A program made the translations under genes and the position numbers. DNA of 64,000 nt from Paecilomyces variotii (taxonomy: Eukaryota), in assembly GCA_004022145.1 (NCBI GenBank), contig RCNU01000004.1. One strand, written 5' to 3'. Below, in pieces: positions 39,252 to 52,625 of the stretch; within the stretch, counting starts at the first letter, position 1; each line of letters opens with the position of its first letter. The notes below the pieces were generated by a model, which was not told the origin of the DNA, did no database searches, and was given only the letters and a program-made list of their open reading frames with translations.

Positions 39252-40964
39252 TCACATGACGAAAAGTAGATTCACATCTGCCATGCCACATGTTAGCCAT
39301 CAAGTCAACAGCAACTCGTCTTTCGAAGTACGGAGATATGAATACCTAAGGGATGGCTGCAGCTCAACTGCGGTTTTTGGGTATATCTACCATGGAGCTC
39401 TCCTCTTAGGCTATTCAATAGCTGCAGGTAGCTCTGCTGTGGGTACTTTTTCAAGGCATTGATAAACGCCCAGGTCAATGCGCCTCTAGCTTCTCCAGCT
39501 TGGAAGGTATCGGCCCTATCAAAAGCGTCGTCAGACAGAGTTTCCGAATAGCTTAAGCTTGGGTGACCCACGATGTCTGCGTGTCCTTGGAACCAGAGAA
39601 CATAACCACATCCGCAGGAGAGGTCTTGGTTATCATGCACCGCTCGCGGGCAGAGGTCCCAATCGCAGCTTTCTTGAAAAATCCAATGGCAGTCGTTGCC
39701 ATGCCTCCGATATCACCCTTCTCGTACGAAGCTAGGGCGGAGATCAGGTCTTGGGCTGCCTCCTTGGCCAGATTTGGTTCTTTCAACACACCCTTTGGCA
39801 GAGTCAGTACGCGGCAGAGGGAAAAAGTGATTGGCTAGGAGAGAATCGAACCTGTGTCGAATAAATGAAAGGAAGGTCCAATGCCGTTCCGGAATGGCAC
39901 GCATCAAACAGAGCTGTAAGTCGAACACCCGGCAGTAGAGGGCGGACCCTTCCTCGATGGTCAGCGGCCACAACTCCAAACACCGATCACTTCATCTTAC
40001 ATGATATCGTGCATGTCATCATCAACAATGTGGCCCGCAACGCGGAAATCCACAGGATATATGACATCATCAAAACCTATCTTCGTCAACATCGATTCTG
40101 CGATATACCCAGTTGAACTCCCAGGGCTTACCGTCGTCCTCATCTCCGTCGAGATCTGGTGTGCGTCCACCGTGGCCTGTTGCGTATTAGCAAGCCGTCG
40201 TTTCCCACCTCAGTGTGTGCATCTCCATACCCGAGAAATGAAAGAAGAGCGAGTCATGGGGCTTCGCGTTTTGGACCAACCATCGCATTGCCCTCAGGAT
40301 ATTAGCCTTTGTGGGCTGGCTCATGGGATTCCTCTGATCATCGGTCAAGATGACCATGTCTTCTCTTCGATAACCGTGGACGTTGTGTAGGAAGATAGAC
40401 ATCTGCGTGACATCGTTGATGCACCCTCTCAGTTGGTTTGGCTGGCCCAGATAATTGATCCCAATCAAGAGCGCCTTCCGGCGACCGGTGCAGTTCGAAT
40501 ACTGAAACTTGTAGCTGGAGGGAGCGCCATGGCCAAAGCTCTGGCCGCCCTCCGGGGGCCGTACCGGACGAGGAGGAAGATCTGGCGGGGTGTCTATTCG
40601 GATTTTCTTAGTCATGAAGTCGATGGATCTTAATGTCTGTATATTCTTTCTTCTTACTGATGTAAAGCCCGCCTGCACTGTGCCCCTTGGATGGGCGTCG
40701 ACGGCGGCGGTGATGAGACTCCGCGGGCCGCTGATAAGGTTGTGGTTGTGGGTGTTGATATTGATAACTGCCGAGGGGAGTAATCACCGGCTCAGTTGGC
40801 CTTCGTCTCTCATACCTGGAGTCCCGCTGTTAAAAACCACCAGGAACAATGACATTCGAGGTGTGTCTAGCTTACGAGTAGGGCTGCTGCGCGGGAATCC
40901 ATTGTTGCTGTGGAGGACAGCTGGCCCAGCCAGTTGGAGGTGGTGCGCGCGGGGGAAGGTACAT
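39252..40964 (-). CDS. Type I metacaspase (multi-intron)
   Basis: Pro/Gln-rich prodomain from ATG 40964; [25 protein letters not shown], catalytic HFSGHG and [34 protein letters not shown] followed by a stop. Confidence 0.93.
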
Positions 40965-41212
40965 AGAACGGGCGTGGAGAGGAGAATTGGCACGTTCGGA
41001 TGGCTGATGGGGAGGGGCAGTTGTAAAGGGGTGAGTTCTGTGGGATGTACAGTTTCTGCAACGCGATTGTCGTGAGAGAAGCCGCTGTCAGTAGTGTGGC
41101 ATTTTCATTGTGACAGCGGATGGCGTTCTTCTTGATTATTATATGTGCCGATAGTGTACACCAAACTACACCAAACTGCACCAGCGGCAGAAACAACCAG
41201 TAGAGACTCCAA

Positions 41213-41240
41213 AATCTCCAGAATCTCCAGAATCTCCAGA
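41213..41240. repeat. (AATCTCCAG)3 tandem repeat upstream of the metacaspase
   Basis: Read directly; an ACACCAAACT duplication lies just before it, at about 41158-41177. Confidence 0.75.
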
Positions 41241-42295
41241 ATCGAGAGCGACCGTTCACCGCCAGCCCCGGCGTGATGGTCCAACCGGACGCCCGGGGCT
41301 GGCTGAAACGTCGAGAAAACTGGCGGACGCGAACATCGCTAGCGACAGCGGTTTGATGATGATCAGTCACGTTGGCGGGGCTGAGAGAGATGTTTCGCTT
41401 CTTTTCCTCTCTCGCTCACGGCGATGCCGAACTGTTAGACGCATGGTCTTTGGTACTTTTGCTGGCCAAAAGCGACAGTTCGATGGCTCATATCTACATC
41501 CAATGGACTATCTATCTACCTTTATGCTTCTCGAACAGCTGTCCACCGCGGGAATACCATCATTATTTGTGTCTCCTCGGCACACACAGAATGAGACTCA
41601 ATGAGTACTCGGGATAGCTTCAACGCTAGAAGAGCTTAGCCACAAGCTAGTCTCCGCGACCTTCTCTGCCCTATCGGCCCCAAACATTTAGCAAGTCTTG
41701 AACCGGTTTAGGCGCTCCGCTCTCTTTCGTCATCCAAGAGTTGACAACTAAGCGATGCGAAGGAGACAAGAAAGTTGAGATGAGATGGCGTCTTTTTTGG
41801 CCTCGATACTGATATGCCATTGGCCCTGTCATCGCTCAGCCCTGTGTCCTTGTGCCACGCCGTTTTGGCATTCGATAACTCGGGATCGGTGACTGTCGAC
41901 GATATAACCGCGTCGTTACCTCAGGTGTCCGGATCAATAGGCAAATTGGAGCCCATAAATAGTCTATCTAGAGTCCTAGACTCTAGAGGACTCCAGAAGC
42001 TTTCCCCACAGCGCTATTTCTTAAAAGATACCGGGATGATCGTGCGACTCCAAGTCTGGACCTGCTTGAGGACCGTGCAATGATAATCAGAGAACTGACG
42101 ATTTCTTTGTTTAGACAAGCCTTCCCAGGAGCGACTTCCGCTTCCAGTGTACTATTTTGTTAATTAGTGGCTACGGAGAAGTCGGATCCATTGATCTTCC
42201 TACCCGCGCGGGCAGACCCAAGAAGTCCCTAGAACAACCGTCCTCAGGATCACTCTACATGAGCTGCGCATCACAGGAACAGAAACGAGATTCCC

Positions 42296-43774
42296 ATGGA
42301 AGGACGAAATGGGGGTACAGATCCTGAAACGGCGGTACCCTCGGAATCGAGCGCAGAGCTCCTAACAGAGACACCGCTGTCCTGTCTTTCAACTGTTGAC
42401 CAGCGACCGAACTCTGAGATCGATGATGAGGCAAAGCCTTCGCCACTTACGCCCAGTATCGAGGCACAGAAGTCGTCAGGATATCTGCTCGACCACAAAG
42501 CCATTTTCACAAGAACAAAGCGTGGCAGCTACGGCTTGTCTCCGACCCATCAGCGCAAACTGCGTAACAATCTTCTGCTAGGAGTTGGGTTCCTCGAGCT
42601 TGGCAACTGCGGAGACTTCGCCGCAAACGTGTGGAATACTACCCCAGTACCACATTTCGCAACCGCTTTGATGGCGATAGGCGGAACAGTCGCTCTGTTT
42701 ACGAGCATATTTGCTTTCAGAGACCTGGGACGGAGCTGGATGAATATCCGCTTCCTGCGAGAGGAAAGAGAATTCCTACGATCACGGAAACAGACGACCA
42801 TTCAACAAGACGAGGAGAAACTGGAAATGCTCACCCAGGAAGACTTGGATAGCTGGCTGTCCATTGATTTCAGAGAGCTGGGTAGTGAATTCGTTGATCG
42901 ATTCATGATGGATCTTCTCCTGGGAACCTCCGCAGTCATCGTTGCTGTTGGTACTTTCCTAGCCATTGGCGGCACCAACAAATCCGTATACCACGCCAGT
43001 AATTTATTGTCAGGCTATATCGGAAATGCACCAGGCGTAGTGTTTGGCCTTCTCAATGCTACGTGGACCGGTTACCTGTGCGCCCGCCTCCACCGGCATG
43101 CTAAGGCAGTAACGAGGGAGGCCCTACCAGCTACCGTGAAGCTTCGGATGACCGACCGTTTCCACATGATGCAACGGCACCATGCACTCAGTGGCATATC
43201 CTCCCTCGTCGGTGGCGCCGCTGGTATGGTGACTGCCACTATGTGGTGGGGATATGTGGTTTTGATCCCTTGTATAGTATCCCAGATATTGTGCAATTAT
43301 ATCTGGAGAAAGACCATCGGGTATGACCGGTTCATCGTCCAAACCTCGCACGGAATAGAGGACACCCCGGTCCTCAAGAAGCTGGAAGACATCGTTGCCA
43401 TCAACCAACTTCTCTTGAAAGACCCTAATCAAGCGATCCCTGGACTCATATTAAACCCGGAGTCGATGGACTCGTTCTTGCAGTTTATCTTCGACCATGA
43501 CCTTTTTGACGACTTCTGCCTTTATCTCCTCAAACACGCTGACTGGAGAGCTCTTTTCTATCCGGAATCACAACCAGAAGCTGAATTTTCGATTTCACCG
43601 CGCGAATTGTTAGATGCGGACGAGCGGGCACTGTCTAGGACGATGGAACTTGCAAAGAGGTTCATCATCCAAGAGAGCCCGTTGCACTTCGAATATATGG
43701 AAAGGTTTCTTTTGGAGATGGCGGGATGCTACGTATACTCCCGTCACTATTCGGGAGGGAGAACCGCGCACTGA
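42296..43774 (+). CDS. Conserved fungal integral membrane protein of unknown function (492 aa, intronless)
   Basis: Long ORF with about 6 hydrophobic segments and motifs GFLELGNCGDFAANVWN, ASNLLSGYIGN and TATMWWGYVVLIPC. Confidence 0.8.
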   Translation: MEGRNGGTDPETAVPSESSAELLTETPLSCLSTVDQRPNSEIDDEAKPSPLTPSIEAQKSSGYLLDHKAIFTRTKRGSYGLSPTHQRKLRNNLLLGVGFLELGNCGDFAANVWNTTPVPHFATALMAIGGTVALFTSIFAFRDLGRSWMNIRFLREEREFLRSRKQTTIQQDEEKLEMLTQEDLDSWLSIDFRELGSEFVDRFMMDLLLGTSAVIVAVGTFLAIGGTNKSVYHASNLLSGYIGNAPGVVFGLLNATWTGYLCARLHRHAKAVTREALPATVKLRMTDRFHMMQRHHALSGISSLVGGAAGMVTATMWWGYVVLIPCIVSQILCNYIWRKTIGYDRFIVQTSHGIEDTPVLKKLEDIVAINQLLLKDPNQAIPGLILNPESMDSFLQFIFDHDLFDDFCLYLLKHADWRALFYPESQPEAEFSISPRELLDADERALSRTMELAKRFIIQESPLHFEYMERFLLEMAGCYVYSRHYSGGRTAH

Positions 43775-44548
43775 GAAAGTGAGCGCAGCCCTGGAGGCAG
43801 ATCGAGAAATATAGACTGGGCAGGGTCCCTTATTGTATGTAATTATATAATGACTAGACCTAGACACTGTTTCTGGTAAATGATGTGGTGGCGGTTGTCC
43901 TGTACGATTGACAATGACTAGAATGCCAATGTAAGAGTTAAGTGTTCTATTTTCAAGATACTCTCCACGTATGGAATTCGATATTAAACCGGATAGCTCC
44001 ACTCATTCCGTCTATCTACCGTACTATGTATTCTATATCTCGGGACGAGCATAATGCCAAGAAAGATAGATGGTTCCTGATAAGAAGATGGAGGCTGCGT
44101 GATTATGAGTCACCTGACTACATATGTGTAAATATGGTATTCAGGGCACACCGCATATTGTGAGTGGAAATAGAACATATTATTATCATCTTCTGAATCC
44201 TGATGAAGCTCAAACAACTCCATTATTATTATTGTTGACGGAATGGATTGGGATCCGCTGAATCGGCGGTGACCGATATGGCAGGCGGTGAAGGTGGGGT
44301 CTATGGACTAAGCCCAAAAGGACACTGAAGGCGGGCAATAAGGTGCATCACGTGGCGGCACTCAGCGTGACCCAAACTGTGGACCACAAGCAAGCGGAGA
44401 GACACAGCAACTTTCCCATGTCCATCCCCGCCATCGAGTGTTGCTGCCACTAAGTGTCCTCGTGGCATTGTCTGTGAGCTGACAGCCTCAGTGATTTACA
44501 CTGAAATCCCAGCCCAGAGCTAAGCTGTGGCGTTGGACCTGGCCTGCA

Positions 44549-44586
44549 GTGTGTGTGTGCATGTGTGTGTGTGTTTGTGTGTATGT
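44549..44586. repeat. Imperfect (TG)n microsatellite
   Basis: gtgtgtgtgtgcatgtgtgtgtgtgtttgtgtgtatgt read directly. Confidence 0.85.
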
Positions 44587-44898
44587 GGATACCTCTACAA
44601 TACCAGATGTACTTCCCGTACTGACAGAGCATCGATTTCGGATGCTAACCAAAGAGACAACTCAGAGTTCTGTCGCATGCCTCTCATCTGAGATCTCTGA
44701 ATCTATCCATCCTGCGCAGTGTAGTGTATAGCATACCAAAGCCATCAATATTCGAGAGTCAGATCCCGTCGATCGGAACATCTATCCCGACCTTCCCACG
44801 GAGCGGTTAACAGATCTCCGCCCCTTTTAGCACCACTCCACAGAAATCTTCGGACTGGTCCCTAATACACACGGTGCTGCTCCCTTGACCGCACCGCC

Positions 44899-46798
44899 AT
44901 GCCGTGCTTCAAGGGCCTTGCGGTCAGCATACACACTCCTGAGGGGCCCCTCCCCGAACACTCGGTTCAGCGCCAGTCGCGGGCGTCGCGGATAGCCTGT
45001 TACATCCCAGTCCCTCCCCCTAAGATCTCCGATGCAGGGAAAGCCGAGCAATCGACTTTTGCCATCTCGATCACGCTCCTGAACCCTGGTCAGAACGTGC
45101 CCTATTCCACCCCGAAACCCACGCCGGACAACCCGTCACCGAAGCCCAAGGTAGTGGGTGGACTTCCTGGACAGACGGCTGAGCGGGGGAAGTATGGCCC
45201 GATCATAGGCCCCTATCAACCATTGACCAATTCTCCGAACGAAACCGTGGCCGCTTACATATATTTCGACGGACGTCAGAAGGAGGAAGTGGCGACATTA
45301 CTGAGAAGGGGAGAGGAGACCTGGGTCAACTCGAGATGGGTCAGTGTACCAGAGTCGGAGGGTGGTGGTCTAGCTGAGCGCGAGTTTTTATTCCGTGAAG
45401 TCGGTCTCGAGCGATGGCTCAACGGACTTGATCTCGAAGGCAAGGATGCTGCCGCCAAGATTGAGCGAAGGAGACAGAAGATAGAGAGACATCGGCAAAA
45501 GAAAAAGGCCGAGAGCGACGCAGAGGGGAACGGTGAGATGGAAATGGATGGGAAATCTACCGCTGACGGAAAAGGCGTCATGCGATACGGCAACAACGAT
45601 AAATCACCGCTAGAGGGTCTCTCTGACGATGATATGTCGTCGCTATCTGGTTCTGATGACGATCCAATTCCGGAAACGACTGGTCAAATCAAGGTCGCGC
45701 TCTTTCGAGTACTAGCATCTGGGGAAATCAAGAGGGGAGAATACTCTCCGCAATTCGATGCTCACGACGACGACGATGATTCTCAAGGTGGACAAGGGGG
45801 AGGAGCAGATGCGGATATCGACCATACCACCAGTTTCGCCAAGCCCAAAACGCTCGACCCCAAGACCATCAGTACCCAGACAGTCACTGGAATTGATCCG
45901 ACAGACAAGCCATATGCTATATTTACGTTTATGTATCGAGGAGAACGTGAGTGTATTATGATTTGGTTCGAAGATCCGCGCTAATGAGCTCATTAGGCCA
46001 ACTGCAGAAGATGGGCATCCTCAAAGATCCAAAGTCGCAAGACACTCCTGGTTCCACGAAGAGGCGATCGTTACAGCCAGACTTTTCCAATCTTGGCCCA
46101 CTAAAGCCCGGTGGCACAGTCGGCTTCCTGAACTTCAGAGACAAAGATGCCAACAAAGGGAAGCGAAAGTCAAAGAAGTCCAGCGCAAGCGACATGGATA
46201 GTGATGACGACGACGATGATGATTTAATAATCCACAAGGCTGAGGATGAGGAAGCGAAAGATGCGGATGTGGAGCTTACTGCTGAGGAGCTCAGGCGCCA
46301 GGGAGAGCTTGCGGAGGGTGTGCGGAAGATCAAGGTGAGAAGATGAGCTTTCCACTTTACAGGGCCATGAAGACTGATGAAATCGAATAGCTCAAACGCC
46401 AACACTCGTCGGAAGCTGTTGGTGGAGAGGGTGATGCCACAAATTCCAATACACCCGCTGCCGGTTCCACGCCACCGGTATCGACGACCCCTCCAAACGC
46501 TTCTGGCATCCCATCTGGGCTTGCGGAAACGAAAAAGTCAGCAGTTGATTCCCTGGATAGTGCCTTTGTCGGGAGCCCCTTGAAGAAGCAGAGAGCGAGC
46601 GTATCCGGAGCGGACGAGGACGGATTACTGAAGCGCATGGGTTCCGGGCTTACCAGCAACATCGGTGAGGTCCTGGGATCATCAAAGGTTTCTGATGGTG
46701 GAGCAAATCCCAGTGCAACCAGTGCATTTGGTGGTAGCCTGGGACAACCCCAACCCACTCAGCAACCGAAACAGGAGGAAGACGAGGAAGAATTGTGA
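44899..46798 (+). CDS. Conserved fungal hypothetical protein (2 introns), acidic with a probable nuclear localisation signal
   Basis: MPCFKGLAVSIHT...AYIYFDGRQKEEVATLLRRGEETWVNSRW...PYAIFTFMYRGE; introns at about 45947-45997 and 46335-46390 keep the frame to TGA 46798. Confidence 0.85.
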
Positions 46799-47940
46799 TT
46801 CTTGGACGCGTCCAATCTCTCCTTTTTCTGGTCCAATTGGTTGGCACTAGACGACTGCTTTGCTTTTTTTATATCCTTTTATCCGTCCGTCGGGTTTGGA
46901 GCAGTCTTATTTTTCAGGCCCCAGTGCTTGCTTTAAGACAAGGGAACCCCAGCCTTGTTCTTTTTTTTATTCCTTTTTTTGACTCGATCTCCTAGCGAGC
47001 GAATATGTCTAGGCTCCTATATTTTTTTGCTTCTACGCTATATTCTCTAGATACATACCTGTTAGCTCTGCGCAGTGAGCAAACGAACAAAAAAGACTTG
47101 GATGATTTCTACATTGGGCGTCGCGTGTTCCCTTTCGCGCCTTTTTTTATTTTGGCCCTACTTACGGAGACCTAATAACTATACCTAGGTAGCGTCCCTC
47201 GTGGCTACTAATGCAAATTACCCCGCGTGTTCGCGCTTAGGTACTTATGTCCTTTCTAGACTGTCCTATAATCAAGTATGGTCAACCAAGACTTGCAGCA
47301 GGAGCACGTGCCATACGTGCCCTATCTGCTGCGGAAGCAAGACAGGAATAAAACATAAGATTACTTTATTATCTTGATGGCATCGCCTTAGCTAATTCAT
47401 ATATATATACACATTACAAAAAGACCACCGAAGAGGTATACCTACGGCTGAGAGACTACGCAAGCAAGATTTTGACTCGAGATTTTTGCCAAAGCTGAGG
47501 TAGTAGAACATATATAGATATATATATATCAGTCCCGAAAAATGATAGCTATCGAACAAGAAAAGAAAAAAGCCAAACATCCATGAACGCAAGCCGTAAC
47601 CTTCGTAGAGTTCCCTCTCGGTTTATTAGAGACCGATTGCAACCACACAACACAACAATTATGAGGTAGACTGACTCCCTGTCCCCCCTACCCTGCTTTT
47701 TCCTCATGTAATACCATACTCGAGGAACTGACAGGAAGAGTTGTCGTGTTTCCCATAACATCATATAGCAGAGCTCTGATTATAGAATTCATAACATAGA
47801 CGCCGGTACAGAAGCCAGGCTGCCTCGGTATCCTTTCATAATGTAATATATGCAGAACCACAATTAATCAATTACCTTTGCGCTCAGGAAAAAAAATCTC
47901 AAGGTTGATAAGCTCAAGGCGCTATTTTTTTTTTTTTTTT

Positions 47941-50299
47941 TCATTCCTTCACGTGAGCGGAAACAACGCTGTGCTTGCGCAATTCCTGGTTCGTCTCGTC
48001 GGTAGCGACGTGATCAAACTTGTAGAGAGGCTCGAGATGCACGTTCCGGCGGAAAATGTAGCGGTTAATCCACCACGGGAGGACCTCGAAGACCTGGTAG
48101 TGGATGTGCTTTTTGGTGGGAACAGCAAAGATGTAATCGAGTTCTTCTAGAGTACGCTGCTTGGTTTCTGGGACGAATAGATAGATCATAACTAGAGCAA
48201 CCACGTTGAGGCCGCTGGGAATGAAGGTCAGTATGTTAAGGATAGATAAATAAATGAAATAAGGAATTGTGAGTGTGAACTTACGCATAGAAACAGAAAG
48301 CGCCAGTTGGAGTCATGACAGCAAGCATTCGTGGGAAAGTGATCGAAAGCACAGCAGCCCAACCGAGACAGGTAGCCACAGCCCAGGACATGCCAACCTC
48401 TGAAAATAAGGTAATTAATATTAGCTAAATGAAAACGAGAGTCCTCGAGGTGGAGCAGAACTTACCACGATGGGACAATGGGAATACTTCTGCAGAGTAA
48501 GTGAACGGAACAGGTCCTTCACCGGGTGAGTAGAAAGCTGCGAAGAGGAAGACGAAGAGGGCAATGACACCCAAGTGAGCCTTCGAATCTGATGGGATGT
48601 AGAAGCTGAATGCGGCAGCAAGAAGCGTCCATGCCATCTGTGGGAAGGTGAAAAGCAGCAGCGATCGTCGGCCATAGGTATCGATGGTCCACACAGCGGG
48701 GAAAGCGAACAGGAAGTTCACCAGACCAAAGCCCCAAGAGGCAAGCAGCGCACCGGTAGTAGTAGCACCAGCTTGCTGGAAGACGGTTGAGGAGTAAAAT
48801 GCCACAATGTTGATACCGCACATCTGCTGCGCAATCATGACAGTAAACGAGGCCAGAGTTGCACGTCGAACACGAGGAATCGTAAACAGCTCCACGAAAC
48901 GAGTAAGGTAGTTGCTATGCCCTGAAATCTCCTGCTCCACTTTGATCTGAGCGTGGATGTAGTACAGATCACGGGCAGCCTGGAGCTCAGTGTTTCGTAG
49001 ACGACAGAGTGACTTATATGCCTTGGCCATCATACCCTTCTTAATGTACCAACGCGGAGATTCCGGACAGAAGTAAATACCAAATAGAAGGGGAAGCGCA
49101 GGAATGAAGGCAGAGCCCAGTTGAAGACGCCATGAAATAGCACCAGTATCCTTGACAGCAAGGTTGGCACAGAAACCAAGGAAAATACCGAACGCGGTCC
49201 ACCTGCAGGAGTAGGTTAGTAACAGTGAAATGCATGTACAAACTGAGAAAGAATAAAAAAATGAATAAGGGTCTCTTACAGCTGCCAGCTCATAACTAAT
49301 CCACCACGAATGGCGGCAGGTGTGTTTTCTGCACAGAAAATGGGGATGGTCGAAGCCTTCATACCCATACCTAGACCGAGCAGCAGTCGGGTCACAAACA
49401 ACTGAGGCCATGTCTGGGTGAAGGCGGATCCAATAGGAGAGATGACGCAGAAAATAGCAGATCCGAAGATGCAACCACGACGGCCGAACCAGTTGTTTAG
49501 TGGATCGGATAGCCAGCAACCCAAGAGAGCCGTTGAGATATAGGGAGCACTATGAAGAGAGTTAGTCTCTGGGCGCAAGGACTCAATGTATTAGCACTGA
49601 CGCATTTACAACACCGACAATCCACTGATTACGCTCCGCATTGGGGCCGTGGCTATCAGGGATCCCGAAAGCATCTGGGAACGAAAGATTGGCACCGTTT
49701 GATCCAGTTTGGTCCCATCCCCTGGGCAATGTTAAGTATGCGATTAGATTAATATTGCAGGTTTCTCATCACTTACTGCACAGCAGCACCAATGGAACAG
49801 AGAATAATAGTAAAGTATAGCGCTTTAGGCTGTCTCCACTTATGGAGGACCTCATCACGGATGGCAGTGGTCTCAGTCTCAGTCAGTCCCTCCACTGATT
49901 CGAAAGCAGCCGGGTCTCTGGCGACGAGAGCACCCTTCTGCAGGAGTGGTCTGATGTGATCTAGTTGGTACTCGGTGGCGAACTCATCAACATCCTTGAG
50001 GACCTGTTTCTTCGAGAGATCTGCCAAAGGGTTCTTGATTCTAGAGGAGGATTAGTGAACTTTTCATAGTATACCATAGCAAATGAACTTACTTCGCTGA
50101 AACATTCTTGTTCAGGTTGATCTTCTCGAGATGAGCAAGTTCCACGTCATGATCAGAGCTCTCGCTGTGGGATGTTAGCCTGTCATTGGATATCAATTGG
50201 AAATAATTGCTCTTGGACTGACCTATCGAGACCCTTTGACGAAGGAAATACGCCGTTGTCAACCTGAGTGACTTCGTCCTTCTCCACGATTTCCGCCAT
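47941..50299 (-). CDS. MFS sugar porter (polyol/myo-inositol transporter-like, multi-intron)
   Basis: LHKWRQP...[82 protein letters not shown]. Confidence 0.93.
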
Positions 50300-52625
50300 A
50301 ATGGAAAGAGACCTAAAGAGGCCCTGTAAGGCTGAAAGAAAAGCAACACAAAACAACACCGCGCAAGTTCACACTGACAATTTGCGGCGCGGGGACAAGG
50401 TAGTAAAGGTGATATAAGAGGATATTAGAAAATTTTCAGGTTGGTAGTTGTGCGGATCAACCTATATATGTTTACAAAGACCTAACGGCCATCCATTCTG
50501 AAATTATGTACCCGCACAACCCGGACCTCCACACGCCATGCTCCATGTCAGACATCTCCTCATTGAGACCATTTGCCCCTCCCACAGACGGGTCCAGAGA
50601 ATAAGCTGGATGCTCTGCGAGCGGAAAATGGCTGCAAAGCCGGCATTCCTTGCAGGCTTGAACCGGCTTTGAAGACATCTCGGGCATAGCTCTGGGCCGG
50701 ACCGGTGGCGAACTGTTGCCCATGGGGAAAACAAGCGTGACCTGGAGAAGTCGGGGAGAACTAGACCAACCGGTCAATTGATGCCCATCGTTTCAAGCCG
50801 CTCCCGGTTCAACAAGAACCATGGCCATGTGTTGTCGCTTTGGCGGGTCTCAGTGTATCCGAGGATGCCACTGGACAGTGAGAGTAGATACGATTTGCTT
50901 GGCCGTAGATGGTCAAACCTTGTCAGAAAGCGGCTTGTTGAAGCGTCAGAGCTGGGGAAGCGGCGTTTAGCAGATATATGAACTGCCCAAAAGCGTAGAT
51001 GTTGATTCGCCATCGGCGTAGCTTTCCCTTGGATCAGTGTCCCTTAGTGACAGGTCCCTGTCGGGATAGAAGTTGGAACCTAGTGAGGAATACTCTAGAG
51101 ACAGCTAAGGCTGTTGCGTCCAAAATCCCCAAAGCATAAAGGTCTTCGGAGTTCCTGGCTAAGCCACGAGGCCGTAATAGAGTAGAATCTTGTGTTCCCG
51201 ATCCGGTACAGTAACGGGCTATTTTGCTTTGAGACTTGCCCGTCACATTCCTCGGACACACAGTATTAGCCAACTCCGAGTGATCGATCTTGCATGAAAG
51301 ATACAGAACTCCGCCATCTAGCCAATCCTCGGAGTCACTAACTGGAATAATATAGACGAAATAGCGCTTTTCCGGGCAAGGGGTCAATGCGCCACGCTGC
51401 TGTCGGCTGGCAAAGCTTCATATTTTGCACGGCGGAGGAACAAGCCTAAGCGCCAAGTTTTGCGCGGTGGCCAATCATATGGTATATTAAGACAGAAGGG
51501 GAAAGTTCTATCGCGAGCAGTCCATGGTATCTGGCATTGACCATCCAGACGGGGTCCCAACAGGCTTATTTTGCCCTCTCTTCGCGCTTGGACGTTTCAT
51601 GGCTTCTCAGGACTAGTCCGGATATTGTTTAGTGTATCACCACTTTCCTGGCAAAATAATTAAGTTGAGCGGTCTTCTCAAGCCTCAATCGACTGTCGTA
51701 TCGACACGCGATGGCGGTCTCAGGAGATTTCCTCCTCGTGGCTTTATAGGGCGCCCGAATCGGCTTCTTCGCAGGGAGGGCAGCAAGATCCGTGAGCCGG
51801 TTGGTTCTCTCTTGAACTCGGGCCCGTGAGCACATCCGTATGCGGTCGGTATACTGGAAACTCCGACGTAAGATGGCAGGTAAGATCGGATAGTTACGTA
51901 GAATCATTATTATCGAACCCAGTGGAAATCCGGGGATTTTCGCTTGGACAAAGTTGATCTCTCTTTTCTCCATAACTCCGCTTTTCGGGTCACAACTCTT
52001 CGCGCGGGGATGTGGAGAAATAAAGGTCAACAACAAGTGGAATGGTTGTGGAGGCCAGACCGATTCTGCGAGAAGCTTTTTCACCGGCCGGGCCTCATTC
52101 GGTCCCTCTTCGGCCGTGTTCTTCGTTCTAGTAAACGAAGTAACGTGCTAGCCGAGACGGACACGATATTGTAATTATTATCGCAGGCCCAGACACACTC
52201 CGCCTATACTTAGCCTGAGAGGGCACATCGCGACGGAGAAGTAGAACCAGACGCCGTGCTTTCTGGACATCACGAGTCCCCATCTTTGTCATGCGCTTGG
52301 TTAGCACACGTTGCGTCATGTTTCGAGATTATGTGAAAGCCCCGAACAGTAAGTAGCATTAGTGGGTTCAAGAGAATTATGAACAAGAACACGAGAGTAC
52401 GTGTAAAGCAATAATAATAATGAAATGCATATCCAAAACCTGCGGAGTTTGTGACATCACTCCGATCTCCGATATGGATTGGTTTGTCAGCAATGCCATA
52501 ACCACAGGAAGAATCCCAAATGATACTTACTACTTATGGCTGGGAAAACACATACACAATTGTCCCTCCCTTTTCTTCTTGCCAAGGTGTTAGTTAGTCT
52601 AAGTTAACATCAGATCTCCTTGGCC

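Noticed and set aside
50380-52020. CreA-type SYGGRG sites upstream of the sugar porter
   Set aside because: About five sites seen in 1.7 kb, no more than chance for this degenerate hexamer.
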